Shown here in pieces: positions 19,797 through 30,134 of a stretch of 64,000 nucleotides of DNA (the stretch's first letter is position 1; every line of letters starts with the position of its first letter). A model generated the notes under the pieces. That model had not been told where the DNA came from, searched no databases, and saw only the letters and a program-made list of their open reading frames with translations. The stretch comes from Candidatus Latescibacterota bacterium (GTDB lineage Bacteria; Latescibacterota; UBA2968; UBA8231). A program made the position numbers and the translations under genes. The DNA lies in contig OZ244561.1 in the NCBI GenBank assembly GCA_965217585.1, positions 2,144,001 to 2,208,000 on the forward strand, read 5' to 3'.

Positions 19797-20581
19797 TCAA
19801 GAGATCCACACCGTTTTGTATGCAAAAAAAGGCTCCAGACCCATCTCGCCGTAGCGCCGGCCAATGCCGCTCTGCTTAAAACCACCCCAGGGTGTGCGAT
19901 GGCTCAGCATACTGGCACTATTAATGGTCACAACCCCCACTTCCAATCGCCGCACAAAATAGCGTTGTCGCTCAGGATCTAGAGTCCAGAGCGAAACGAG
20001 CAGTCCGTAGTCCGTATCGTTAGCCAACGCCAGCGCCTCGTCGTCGCTAGCAAACGTCAGCACGGATACAACCGGTCCGAAAATTTCGTCGCGGCAAACC
20101 GGACCGGACTGATCTGCAAAGGCAAAGGCCGTGGGCTCAAAATAGCAACCCTTCGCGTACTCGTCTCCCGGCGGATGTGCGCCACCAAACAGTAGAGACC
20201 CTTGTGCTTTTCCCATCTCGACGTAGCGCTCCACGCGCTCTACCGCCGCCTGGTCGATCAACATGCTGGGCCCTGCGGTCTGCGCCTTTTCTTTTAATAG
20301 AGCGATAAATTCGTCGCGCAGCGATTCGTGCAGCAAAACCCGACTTATTGCCGAGCACGCCTGCCCGGGGAAGGCCGATCCCACGGTCGCCGTCGCCGCT
20401 TCCACTCGGCATAAAATGCTTCGCGCGCAGCAGCAGCGGCCCGATCCACGTCGGCCCGACTGGCATCGGCGACTTCGGCGACTAATGTGCCGTCTACGGG
20501 GCTATACAGGGGATAGTAGCGTCCAGATGTTGGGGGACACATTTGGCCCCCGATCAGCAAATCGCTTTTTTTGACACTCAC
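19797..20581 (-). pseudogene. Aldehyde dehydrogenase with large internal deletion and frameshift
   Basis: N-terminus (LLIGGQ...DVDRAAAAAREAF) joined to GQACSA...EIFGPV...GGFKQSG; NAD-binding core missing. Confidence 0.85.
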
Positions 20582-20638
20582 TTTATCTTCTTCCTATTGA
20601 AACTCTACTTTTCTCACAACTTCACCGAGGAATCCACC

Positions 20639-22633
20639 TTGCCATCACCGCCGGCTCTGCCCGAAAATTACGACGCCGAGGCACACATGGTCACCCATCA
20701 GGTGCGCGGGCACATCTTTCACGCCACCATACCCTCGGCTCAACTGGCCTCCGAGCTGATGGCCAGCGGCGCACCCGCCGCCATCGCCGAAGCCACTCTC
20801 ATCTTTCGCGCCGTGCTCGCCTGCCAGGAAGTGCGGGACACCCAACCGCACCGCGGCAATTTTCGCTGGGAGCTGGAAGACGAAGTCGTCGAAGATCTCA
20901 ATGCCGTGCAGTTCGTGCTCTTTTATTGCATTCCCGTGCTGTGCAAAACATCAGACGCCCTGCCCCCGGACTTGGTCGCGGCTATGCGCCGCGCCGTCGC
21001 GCTGGGCCTGGAGGAAATCGCGCGCATCGACGTGGCCCCGGCCTATACCAACATCGTCCTCAAGGACATCGCCAACTCCTGCCTCGGCGGCCAGTTGTTG
21101 GGCGATAATAATATCGGCCGGCGCGGCCGGGAAAAACTGGTGCGCTGGATGGCGCACGTGGACACCTACGGCCTGCCTGCCGAATACAATAGCCCCAACT
21201 ACGTCTCTGTCGCCGTGCGCGTGCTGGGCCACCTGGCCGAACTGACAGAGGACAAACATACCCGCATCCGCGCCCGCACCATGCTCGCTCGTCTCGGCCT
21301 TTCCGCTGCGTTACACGTACACCCCGGCATCGGCTGCTGGGCCGGCCCCTTCAGCCGCGCCTATAGCCATGCCGTCTTTAACGCCGACGCCTTTAACGCC
21401 GATGACGTGCGCGCGTGGTTGGATGGCGGGCAGCTACCCGCCTGGATCGGCGACCTGCTGCAGCGGCCCGACGTGCCGCAGCAAATAGACGAAACGGCCC
21501 ATGGCGAAGAGCCCGTGGCGCTGAGCACCTATCACAGTCCCTCGTTCTGTCTGGGCGTGGCCTCTTGCGAACTGAAGACCCAGGAAGTCATCTTTATCGC
21601 CCTGCAGTCCAGCGTATTTCACGCGCAGTACCGGCTCCCGCATGGCGCGCGTTGCGGCGTGCTCTTTTCGCGTTATATACTCGACGACCAGTGGCTCAGC
21701 TTCCAGACGACGCCGTCGCGCGCGCCCGGACAGGTCGTTCCCGAAGAGGGCCACTTCTACGGCGTGCACGAGCGGGGTCGCGCCATCGGCCTCTACGCCC
21801 CGCGCGACCTGGACGCCTGGACGCGGCGTACCAGCGCCAAAGCCGTGCTCGTGTGGACCGAGATCGAGCAGGTCGACGAGATCTGGATCGGCCAGCACAA
21901 AGTAGATTCTCTGCCGGCGGCAGTGCCCCGGGGCAAGGTGGTCGTCGTCGGCAGCGGTGCCCTGTGGACTGCCGTCCAGCCGCTCGAGTTGACCGATCTG
22001 GGCGGCGGTGCCCCCATCCGCTTGGTCGAACTGGACGGTCATCTGGCCCTGGAGATGTACAACTATACGGGACCGGCCAAGACTTTCTGGGAAATGGCCA
22101 AACCCGGCTCCTTTTACCAGGGCCAACCCCGCTGCGGTTTCTACGCCGAACTGGCCGAGCGCACCGACTACGCCAGCGGTGCCAATTTTGCCGCCGAGGT
22201 AGCGAGCGGCGCGCTCGTCGACGAGGCGGCCCCGCCCGCCACCTATACCGCGGGTGGCGAGCGCGCGCTCCGCGTGGAGTACGCGCGCGACGACCGCATA
22301 CTCGGCATCGAAGTCGATCTGTATGAGTGGTCGCTAAAGCGGCGTTGGACCCAGGACGGCTCCCTAAACTGGCCCATGCATGAGTCGCCCTACGCCCGAC
22401 AGAGCGCTTCCGGACAGGTCTCCATCGGCGGTGCCACTCTCACCTGCGACAAGGGCCCGATATGGCTCTGCGCCTGCCCGGGGGGCAAAAGGTATGTTGC
22501 CGCCTACAGCGGAATCGGGATGACCTCGTTAAGATTGGAGGTGTCCGGCGATGTAGTCGAGCTAGCTGAAGTGGGCGCGGGCACGGTGATTTGGGACGAG
22601 GGCCAAGTAAAAATAGAAGCCATATTGCCCTGA
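20639..22633 (+). CDS. Hypothetical protein, heparinase II/III-like architecture
   Basis: GAGGA RBS and TTG start; YTNI and AEYNSPNY motifs, AGPFSRAY. Confidence 0.75.
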   Translation: MPSPPALPENYDAEAHMVTHQVRGHIFHATIPSAQLASELMASGAPAAIAEATLIFRAVLACQEVRDTQPHRGNFRWELEDEVVEDLNAVQFVLFYCIPVLCKTSDALPPDLVAAMRRAVALGLEEIARIDVAPAYTNIVLKDIANSCLGGQLLGDNNIGRRGREKLVRWMAHVDTYGLPAEYNSPNYVSVAVRVLGHLAELTEDKHTRIRARTMLARLGLSAALHVHPGIGCWAGPFSRAYSHAVFNADAFNADDVRAWLDGGQLPAWIGDLLQRPDVPQQIDETAHGEEPVALSTYHSPSFCLGVASCELKTQEVIFIALQSSVFHAQYRLPHGARCGVLFSRYILDDQWLSFQTTPSRAPGQVVPEEGHFYGVHERGRAIGLYAPRDLDAWTRRTSAKAVLVWTEIEQVDEIWIGQHKVDSLPAAVPRGKVVVVGSGALWTAVQPLELTDLGGGAPIRLVELDGHLALEMYNYTGPAKTFWEMAKPGSFYQGQPRCGFYAELAERTDYASGANFAAEVASGALVDEAAPPATYTAGGERALRVEYARDDRILGIEVDLYEWSLKRRWTQDGSLNWPMHESPYARQSASGQVSIGGATLTCDKGPIWLCACPGGKRYVAAYSGIGMTSLRLEVSGDVVELAEVGAGTVIWDEGQVKIEAILP

Positions 22634-22682
22634 TTCGGCTGCCGAACGGATCGAAGCAGGCTCGGTGAGAGCGTTTTTGACA

Positions 22683-22893
22683 CTACTTGGCCCGTCGCTG
22701 CTTTGCCAACCACTCCCACAGGTCAGGATCGCTGTATGCATTTTGCCACGCCTCCACGTGGCCCCCTTCGGGGTACACAGTAAAGCGGACATTGCCTCCG
22801 GCAGCCTTGAGAGCATCAACCATCTCCTGTGATTGTTTCAACGGCACTGCCTCGTCTTGCGCACCGTGGAAAACCCAGGTCGGGACCTCCTTT
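22683..22893 (-). pseudogene. C-terminal fragment of a phospholipase/carboxylesterase-like hydrolase
   Basis: PTWVFHGAQDEAVP...YPEGGH...W; fused directly to a half attC. Confidence 0.7.
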
Positions 22894-22959
22894 CCGCACA
22901 GCGGGTTGCCGAAGGCCAAGGCGGTGTAGCTGCCGCAGCGCAACACCGAGGTGTTAGAC
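22894..22959 (-). repeat. attC left and central portion (right end deleted)
   Basis: Minus strand GTCTAACACCTCGGTGTTGCGCTGCGGC...CCTTGGCCTTCGGCAACCCGCT. Confidence 0.8.
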
Positions 22960-22974
22960 GTTGCGCGGTGCTAT

Positions 22975-23239
22975 TTGTCAAATGGTAAATACAGACTGCA
23001 CCGACACCCCAGGGGCTCCAGCATCCGATCTCTGCAAGCCGGTCCTTCGTACTCTCAAAATCCTGTCGCTCAATGTCAATGTCAATGATTGGCTTGGCGG
23101 TCATTCCGGAGATAGATGTGCTACCGACATGCTCGATGCTGCAACATCTTCCTGACAAAACAGAGTCAAAACGGTGTCGCAACTCTTCGAACCATGAAGG
23201 CCAGGTCGGATCATAGTGCTTTACCAAAGTAACTGACAT
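22975..23239 (-). pseudogene. GrpB-family nucleotidyltransferase-fold cassette, internally deleted
   Basis: YDPTW, IEHVGSTS...AKPIIDID; cassette bounded by GTTAGACG...CGTCTAAC. Confidence 0.75.
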
Positions 23240-23259
23240 GATTCAATTGACCGCGTTGC

Positions 23260-23342
23260 GTCTAACGTTTTCGCCATGCCCGAACCGCGAAGCGGTTGCG
23301 CAAAGGCGCACCAGCACCCAAGCCAGGCACGGGGTGTTATAC
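23260..23342 (-). repeat. Complete attC site (83 bp)
   Basis: Minus strand GTATAAC-ACCCC-GTGCCTG...CGGGCAT-GGCGAAAAC-GTTAGAC: paired cores and L boxes. Confidence 0.85.
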
Positions 23343-23417
23343 GCCGTATGGTTACTCATGCCGAGCAACCAGTTTCTCCCTCAGTTTGATCGCTGTTTCG
23401 TACGCATCTGCAAGAAA

Positions 23418-23477
23418 CCCGAAGCCGCAAGGCGGTTTCTGCGGAGCGAAGCGAAGCCGGGCACGGGCGTGTTAAGC
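23418..23477 (-). repeat. attC left and central portion
   Basis: Minus strand GCTTAACACGCCCGTGCCCGGCTTCGCTTCGCTCCG...GCGGCTTCGGG. Confidence 0.75.
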
Positions 23478-23495
23478 GAAGGTGCACTTTCCTTA

Positions 23496-23702
23496 TCATC
23501 GGAAACGCGGGATGACACAATCGGCAAAGAGCCTCATCGACTGCTCCGCCAACTCATGATCAATGTTGCCCCATTTGAACCAGCATATTACCTCTTCCAC
23601 ATCAAGAATCTCCCTGTGCATTATATGACGCTGTTCAAAATCGGCACCGTACAGAGAAAACTCATAGGGAGACCCGGCTGCCCACATTATTGGCTGAGGC
23701 AC
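23496..23702 (-). pseudogene. C-terminal fragment of an LLM-class flavin monooxygenase
   Basis: AGSP...SMRLFADCVIPRF C-terminal signature only. Confidence 0.55.
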
Positions 23703-23794
23703 ACCCGTTGCCGAGTGGCGATTCGGTCATCATCGTCAGCCGTGCCTTTCGTCAGAATAGCGAATTGGACCACCATTAGAATCAAAGAGTTTGT

Positions 23795-23921
23795 GTGGAT
23801 AATCGCAACCAATCCCGCGAGGCTGGAATGTTCTACGTAACTCCTTGCGATAACTTGAGATAGCACGATTCTTCTGAGATCTGACGCGCCTAGCACCGCC
23901 GAGCAAAACGAGTTGTTAAGC
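23795..23921 (-). repeat. Long hybrid cassette-junction element, copy 1 (internally deleted)
   Basis: TCGCAACC...TACGTAACTCCTTGCGATAACTTGAGATAGCACGATT block shared with 43594 and 45401; GTTAAGC core. Confidence 0.8.
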
Positions 23922-24114
23922 GAAGGAAGAAATGGTACCGCTCCTCCTTTCGCATCGCCTCAACGATACTTATTATGCTAAGTCATAAAGTCATAGGGAG
24001 ATCCGCTCCTTAGGAAATCTCAGCGGATGTTCGTAACGGTGGTCTCCTGAGCATCTGAGGAGTTGAAGTTTAGGCGCAGACTGTAGGGCATCAGGCGACA
24101 AATATCGCTATCGA

Positions 24115-25626
24115 GTGAGCCATGGGAAGGAGAGCCTTATGAGACGACGCAGGACGATCTACCACAACGACGCGCGGCACTCGTACCTGTGGCACTTCGA
24201 GCCGCCCATGCGCCTCGAGGACGCCTGGATACCCATCGACGAGGTTGCGGGTACAGCCGTCGACACCTTCAGCTACTGCGTCGAGCGCGGCGACGGTACC
24301 TTCTACCCCACGAAGGTGGGGAAGATGTTCGCCGTCGAGGACGGCAAGCCGCAGTCGAAGAACAATTACGAGTGGCGGGCGGCGGCGTGCATGCTCAGCC
24401 TGATGGAGCGCGGCCTCGACCCGCTGCGGGTGCTCGTCGATCGCGCTCACGAGCACGGCCTGGACTTCATCGCCGATCTGCGCCTGCAGCGGCTCGGCGG
24501 CATGTACCCGGAGCTCGAAATCGAGCACGGCGGTGCCGGCTGGGCCGAGGAGCGCGTCCGGGACCTCAAGTACGATGTGCTGCGCGAGCTCGCCACCGAA
24601 TACCCCATCCAGGGTGTCGAGCTGGATTTCACGGCAGCCTTCAGCGAGAGCGGGTACTTCTACTTCAACGACGGAGGGACTCCCGAAAACACGGCGGCCA
24701 TGACCGAGTGGGTGCGGCGCTCAGCGGAGATGGTGCGCTCGCGGCCGGGCGAGCCGAGCCTGGTGGGTGCCCGGATCTTCCCCACGGAGCAGGGCAACCT
24801 CGAGCAGGGCCTCGACGTGAGGACGTGGCTCGGCGAAGGGCTGCTCGACTTCGTCGTGCCGGTGGCCTACATCTACACCGTTCTCGATCCCGACATGCCC
24901 TTCGACTGGGTGGTCGGGCCGGCCCACGACGCGGGTGCCTCCGTCTACGGATTCCTGCAGCACTACACGCAGGACAACGTCGTCGGTGCCAGCGGAAGGC
25001 GGCACCCCAACCTGGAGCACTTCCGGGCCGCCGCGGCCAACTACTGGGAGAAGGGTGTCGACGGCCTGTACACCTGGATGATGGACTGGCCCCTCGGCGA
25101 CGCGGAGCGCAACATCCTCACCATGATCGGCTCGCCGCAGCTCGTCCGCGGGCGCGACAAGCGCTATGCCCTAGCCCGCAAGTACGACGGCGCGGCCCGG
25201 GTCGACTATCGCCACCATATCCCGCACGAGCTTTCCCCGCCCCTCCCCACCGCGGCCCACGAAATCCCCTTCACCATCGCCGACGACATCGCCGCGGCCG
25301 ACAGCCGCGTCAGCGGGACGACGCTGCGCATCTACCTGACCAACGTCGTATCCGCGGACCGGTTCAACATCGCCCTGAACGGACACTCGCTGGCCGGCGA
25401 GACGTGCCGCCGTGTCTGGAAGCAGGACGACGCCTATCCCTACACCAACCCGCGGAACCACTGGCTGGAGTTCGATCTCGTCGACTGCGTGCCCCGCAAG
25501 GGCGGGAACCTCCTAGAGGTGTCGCTGGAGAGCCGGCCGGCCGGTCTGACCGGAAGCGTCACCATCCAGGAGGTCGAGGTGGAGGTGCGCTATAGCCCGT
25601 ATCCGCTGGGGCTGGGAGGTGAGTGA
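24115..25626 (+). CDS. Glycosyl hydrolase-like TIM-barrel protein (GHL10/DUF187-like)
   Basis: IYHNDARH, DPLRVLVDRAHEHG, GVELDF, GVDGLY motifs. Confidence 0.65.
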   Translation: MSHGKESLMRRRRTIYHNDARHSYLWHFEPPMRLEDAWIPIDEVAGTAVDTFSYCVERGDGTFYPTKVGKMFAVEDGKPQSKNNYEWRAAACMLSLMERGLDPLRVLVDRAHEHGLDFIADLRLQRLGGMYPELEIEHGGAGWAEERVRDLKYDVLRELATEYPIQGVELDFTAAFSESGYFYFNDGGTPENTAAMTEWVRRSAEMVRSRPGEPSLVGARIFPTEQGNLEQGLDVRTWLGEGLLDFVVPVAYIYTVLDPDMPFDWVVGPAHDAGASVYGFLQHYTQDNVVGASGRRHPNLEHFRAAAANYWEKGVDGLYTWMMDWPLGDAERNILTMIGSPQLVRGRDKRYALARKYDGAARVDYRHHIPHELSPPLPTAAHEIPFTIADDIAAADSRVSGTTLRIYLTNVVSADRFNIALNGHSLAGETCRRVWKQDDAYPYTNPRNHWLEFDLVDCVPRKGGNLLEVSLESRPAGLTGSVTIQEVEVEVRYSPYPLGLGGE

Positions 25627-26510
25627 TCAGCAGGGGTTCCACTCACGATCTGAGGTGACGCATAAAGATCAGGCCTGGCCTCGTTTGCTGTGAAGCAACC
25701 GGACGATCGCGCTTTCTCTATTAAATCTCTCGAGACCTCGGTCACGATCATGCCTTCCTCTGGCGCGTGTTCGTCGATGAACTGACCGTTCGGATCGATC
25801 GCGAAGGCGAGCCCTGGAAACCATGCGTTGCCGCTTTTTCCCGCCTGGTTGGCGTAGAAAATGTAGAGCGCATTGTCCACGGCCCTTGCTGGCAGGACCT
25901 GGGCGGCAAGCTGTCGATGTTCGGCGGCCTGTTCGGTCTGATCGCCGTCAGGGGTGACGTTGTCAGCACGGCCGCTTGCACCCACGGCGAGGAGGAAAAA
26001 GTCCGCGCCCCCCTGTGCGGCGGTTCGGAAGATCTCCGGAAACCTCAGGTCGTAGCAGATCCCCACACCGAAGGTCCAGCCTTGCGATGTCACGACGGGG
26101 AGCTGGCTCCCCGGTTCGAACCAGGCCCGCTCGGTTTCATTCGGGATGTGCAGTTTGGTGAAGGTCGCGAGGTAACCGCCGGGCCCTACGATGTAGGCGC
26201 TGTTGCGATAGCGCTCGCCCGCCGGCTCGATGGTACCGACGACAAGGGTCATGTCGAGCTCGCGGCAGAGCGATTCGAGGAACGGAACCGATTTCTCGGC
26301 CGCTGCTTCTGCGATCCGCATGGACTCCTCGGGGGGAATGTCCGACTTGTTCATCGAGCCCGTGATGCACTCTTCAGGAAAGAGCGCAAACGTGGCACCT
26401 TGCTCGTGAGCCTCTCTCGACCACTCGGCAATCCGGTCGAGGTTGGTCGTGGGGTCGCCCATCGCGCTGTGCATGGCGACCGATGCGACATGTGTTTTTG
26501 TGTTGTTCAT
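25590..26510 (-). CDS. Carbon-nitrogen hydrolase (nitrilase family)
   Basis: FPE, TKLH, GICYDLRFPE. Confidence 0.9.
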   Translation of the reverse strand: MNNTKTHVASVAMHSAMGDPTTNLDRIAEWSREAHEQGATFALFPEECITGSMNKSDIPPEESMRIAEAAAEKSVPFLESLCRELDMTLVVGTIEPAGERYRNSAYIVGPGGYLATFTKLHIPNETERAWFEPGSQLPVVTSQGWTFGVGICYDLRFPEIFRTAAQGGADFFLLAVGASGRADNVTPDGDQTEQAAEHRQLAAQVLPARAVDNALYIFYANQAGKSGNAWFPGLAFAIDPNGQFIDEHAPEEGMIVTEVSRDLIEKARSSGCFTANEARPDLYASPQIVSGTPADHSPPSPSGYGL

Positions 26511-26738
26511 AGGATAGCCCCAAGCTTGATGATGAATTCAAGCGTAGATCGCCGTTGTCTGCGCCTCGCGCACCTGCGGCAGCACTCCTGGCGGGCACGG
26601 ACAGGCCAGGATTCGGATCCCGTCTGCCGATTTGTGGAAGAAAAACAGGTGCCCGAGGCCGTAGTACGGATGATGAGTCAGATCGAGTTCGAACGGTGTT
26701 GTCATCTACCTCTCTCCCGGTAGTCGTGTTCTTGAAAG

Positions 26739-28622
26739 TCACATGAGGGGGAGTTCCTTCACATCAAGGCTGTCCGCCTCCATACGGTCAATAACAGGAA
26801 CCCGACCATTGACGGCCATAAAGCGGAGGCTGTTACTGATGGGCGCCACTTCACACTCGAGAACGAGATCGTCATTTTGATACTTGATGTGGCGGTTTTT
26901 GTCCCCCTGGTCGGTGATTTCACAATCTGTGTATTTTGCTTTAAAAGCGTTGAAACTGCCGCTCTCCTCTTCCGAAGAGGCCACAGAGACAAAACCGTTT
27001 TTGACCGTCATGAACTCCTGCGGATCAATCGTCTCTGCTTCGCTTCGGCCGCAGAGGTTGTAGAAGGAAACCAGCACAAACGGGTCGTACTTTTCTACTC
27101 TGATGGAGTAGGCCCGTCCCAGATCCGTGTTGTTTAAGGGGTGAAAGGCCATATAGACCGGGCCGTCCTTAACAAAAAGCGGGCAGGTTTCCACGCTGGT
27201 TTCTGTAAAGTCAGTGACTCTCTGGTCTCCCAGCCAGATTTCTTCAGGGACCGTATAGTTGGTCGCAAAAGCCAAAGAGAGTTTTAGACTGGTCACATCG
27301 GTATGGCCGGGGAGCTTCGGTGCATAGACCACCAGAGCGGTGTTTTGATGCTGCAAAGCCCATTTCCGCCCTTCGTCGGGAAAAAGGTACACGCCTCTAT
27401 GGGGATCTTTATCGTTGACCACCATTCTGCAGATCACATTGCCCACATCACCGTGGCCCTTTACGTCTTTGTCCCGGCAGTACAGAATATTGAAATGGTT
27501 GGTATGCAGGCCGTCCAAGAAATCGTTGGAGGCCGTCCCCAATGAATAGAGGGGTTGCATATAGACCTGAACAAGCCCGCTTTGGGAGGGGTATTCGATC
27601 TCCTTCAAGTATTTCGAATCGGGATCCCTAATGCCTGAATCAAAATAGCTGCGGCTCTCTGTGGTGGCTTTGAATTCAAAGGGATAGGATCGGTTAACGA
27701 CCCAGTCTATCAGCTTTTGCGGACAGTGATAGTCAGCACTGGTCTGCCAGGTGGCCGGAATCTGCTGGGCTCGGATGCTTTCAGCGTACAGAATCTTTCC
27801 GTCTCCGTTTTCTGACGCGAGGAGTTCTACAAAGGGGGGTATGGTCATATCATCACCAAAGACCATGTAATACAAACCAGTGTGCAAATCCGGGTTGGCC
27901 ACGTCGTTTGCTTCGTAGGAACGGGCAAACGGGCCGGCCATTTCCGAGGTGGCGTTGTGGTAATGGGAGAGGACATCTACCCACATCCGTTCCTCCAGTT
28001 TTAAAGCCAGCTCCCGGGCCTCTTTGTCTGTGCTGTAATTCACAATTTCAGCCATGGCCAGGGTGGTGCCCCCTGAGTAATTGGGACTGCTATACTCGCT
28101 GCAAAGTCCCCGACGGATCATTAGACTCTCAAATTCCCTCAGCCTGATCATCCCTTCTTCAATCAGTGTTTTATCGCCGAAATACGCGTGGCCCAGAATG
28201 CACATGGAAGTCGCTATGGCCGGATGATTGTCATTGGCTCCAGAGAAATGGTATCCCCGCAAAGCGATCTCGATGCCGTCCCGGGCGTGCTGCTCCATAA
28301 TCGACAGGCTATCCAGATCCAGCTTCTCTTTGTAGCCGCACAGGACCTGCAATGATCCGATGCTGTTAAAGAGTCCCGCCAGCCCTCTATCGTTCCATTC
28401 TCTGGCTTTGATGATTTTCAAAGCCATCTCATTGGCTTCTCTATTGGTGGAGATGAGATAGATGAGAATGGTCCAGAGGGTCAGGCGCAGTCCTACAGGC
28501 TCTTCCTCTTCATACTTCAGCCCTTGCCAGATCCCTTTCTCATCGTAATAGGGGAGGGTCAATTCAACCAGGCGATCCACCACTTTGGCGCGCCGTTCCT
28601 TTTGCAGTTCTTTACTCAGCAC
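26739..28622 (-). CDS. Hypothetical protein, heparinase II/III-like architecture
   Basis: GGAG RBS and GTG 28622; NDNH, SEYSSPNY, AGPFARSY motifs shared with 20639-22633. Confidence 0.75.
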   Translation of the reverse strand: MLSKELQKERRAKVVDRLVELTLPYYDEKGIWQGLKYEEEEPVGLRLTLWTILIYLISTNREANEMALKIIKAREWNDRGLAGLFNSIGSLQVLCGYKEKLDLDSLSIMEQHARDGIEIALRGYHFSGANDNHPAIATSMCILGHAYFGDKTLIEEGMIRLREFESLMIRRGLCSEYSSPNYSGGTTLAMAEIVNYSTDKEARELALKLEERMWVDVLSHYHNATSEMAGPFARSYEANDVANPDLHTGLYYMVFGDDMTIPPFVELLASENGDGKILYAESIRAQQIPATWQTSADYHCPQKLIDWVVNRSYPFEFKATTESRSYFDSGIRDPDSKYLKEIEYPSQSGLVQVYMQPLYSLGTASNDFLDGLHTNHFNILYCRDKDVKGHGDVGNVICRMVVNDKDPHRGVYLFPDEGRKWALQHQNTALVVYAPKLPGHTDVTSLKLSLAFATNYTVPEEIWLGDQRVTDFTETSVETCPLFVKDGPVYMAFHPLNNTDLGRAYSIRVEKYDPFVLVSFYNLCGRSEAETIDPQEFMTVKNGFVSVASSEEESGSFNAFKAKYTDCEITDQGDKNRHIKYQNDDLVLECEVAPISNSLRFMAVNGRVPVIDRMEADSLDVKELPLM

Positions 28623-28678
28623 TATGTCTCTCCAGTGAGTCGATACATTCCGCAACTCGGAGCCTTCCTGGCCGCCGT

Positions 28679-29860
28679 TCAGTTGTCCTCCACCGACCCG
28701 TCCTCGTACCTGAGCTCCGCGCGAAGTTGCGGTTCGTAGGGGTGGGCTCGGGCCACCTCCTCGTTTAGCTCGAGTCCGAGACCGGGGGCGTCCGGCAACC
28801 GCACGAAACCGTCCTCGATCTGGTACCTGTGCCCGAAGAACAGGTCGTCCATCCAGTCCGTGGACTCCTTGAAGGGCTCGTTCGCGTAGGACCCCATCTC
28901 CTGGATGACGCTGTTGGGGCAGTTCAGGCCCATGTGGATCTCGGCGGTGAGACCGACCTTGCTGTAGGTGATGTGGGGAGACACCTGGATGTACTGCGCC
29001 TCCGCCATGGCCGCGATCTTCTTGAACTCTGAGATGCCGCCGCAGTGGACGATGTCCGGATTGAGGTAGCTCACCAGGCGCTTGGCGATGATGTCTTGGA
29101 AGCCCCACTTGGTGAAGTTGCGCTCGCCCATGCACAGGGGCACCGTCGTGTGGTCGCTCAGCCACTCGAGGGCATCGTTGGATCCTTCCACCTGGATCGG
29201 TTCCTCCACCCTGAAGGGACGGTAGGGCTCGACGGCCTTGCAGTACTCCAGGGCCATGGTCGGCGTCAGCCGGCCGTGGGCGTCGATGAGGATGTCGAAG
29301 TCATCGCCCCCTTCGACCCGCATCTCCTCGATCTGCCCGGCCGCCCGGTTCAGGTCCCAGGGCATGGGCACGGTGAGCGGGTCGCCGGCTTTGGTCACCG
29401 GCGGCCCCGTCTTGACGGCATTGCATCCCATGCTCCGGGCGCGCTGCACGCCCGCCTTGCCGCTGCCGGCGGCGTAGATGCGGACCTTGTCCCGCGCGGC
29501 GCCGCCGAGGAGCTTGTAGATCGGCAGGCCCGCGATCTTTCCGAGGATGTCCCACAGGGCGATATCGATGGCGCTGAGGGCGGTGCTGAAGAGCACGCCC
29601 ACGTGCCAGCGGTTCCAGCGGTAGAGCCCCTGCCAGAGATGCTCGATGTCCGTGGGATTCTTGCCGATGAGGTGGCCCTCCAGGTCTTTGATGCAGTGGG
29701 CGATGGTGCCCACCTTGTTGTCGCTGATCGAGCCCTCGCCTAGTCCCGTGACCCCCTCGTTGGTGCTGATCTTCACGAAACAGCAGTTGCCTTCCACCAG
29801 GAAGGTGTCCACGGCGGTGATCCTGATACCGGGGTACTGCGCGCTGCCTTCGTCCGCCAT
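28679..29860 (-). CDS. Mandelate racemase/galactonate dehydratase-family enolase
   Basis: SAIDIALWDILGK, DAHGR, EEP, GER metal-ligand motifs. Confidence 0.9.
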   Translation of the reverse strand: MADEGSAQYPGIRITAVDTFLVEGNCCFVKISTNEGVTGLGEGSISDNKVGTIAHCIKDLEGHLIGKNPTDIEHLWQGLYRWNRWHVGVLFSTALSAIDIALWDILGKIAGLPIYKLLGGAARDKVRIYAAGSGKAGVQRARSMGCNAVKTGPPVTKAGDPLTVPMPWDLNRAAGQIEEMRVEGGDDFDILIDAHGRLTPTMALEYCKAVEPYRPFRVEEPIQVEGSNDALEWLSDHTTVPLCMGERNFTKWGFQDIIAKRLVSYLNPDIVHCGGISEFKKIAAMAEAQYIQVSPHITYSKVGLTAEIHMGLNCPNSVIQEMGSYANEPFKESTDWMDDLFFGHRYQIEDGFVRLPDAPGLGLELNEEVARAHPYEPQLRAELRYEDGSVEDN

Positions 29861-30053
29861 CGTCAGTGTCTCCTTCTTCATCTGGTGCTTGGGCAACGAG
29901 ATGGATGGGAATTATAAAGGGCCTTTGAGGAGGGCTGGTCAAGCGGTGGGCTGTCTTTCTCCCTCCCTACTTGTTCGCAGTCGCCGCCCTGATTTATCTT
30001 TTCTCCAGAGCCACAAGGCGGTGACGCGCCCCGCAATGGATAGGAGTATGCGG

Positions 30054-30122
30054 TGAAGTTGAAAATTGCCACTTGCCAGTTTCCCGTCAACCGGGACATA
30101 GAACGCAATTTCAAATATTGAA
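30054..30122 (+). pseudogene. Nitrilase N-terminal remnant
   Basis: AGGAG RBS; VKLKIATCQFPVNRDIERNFKY then stop. Confidence 0.45.
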
Positions 30123-30134
30123 GGGAGGACCTCC

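Noticed and set aside
21370-21405. 15-bp tandem duplication inside the 20639-22633 gene
   Set aside because: Single in-frame duplication (FNADA/FNADD); ordinary slippage.
22894-23921. Clustered palindromic repeats as a CRISPR array
   Set aside because: Repeats are 60-190 bp, diverged, irregularly spaced by gene fragments and carry integron cores; no cas genes.
24189-25595. 468-aa Arg/Pro-rich overlapping ORF (similar ones at 21415, 33671 and 25767)
   Set aside because: Shadow frames of GC-rich genes with no motifs.
28623-29165. N-terminal 181 aa of the 808-aa ORF
   Set aside because: Alternate frame of the enolase gene; the RBS and GTG at 28622 give the plausible start.
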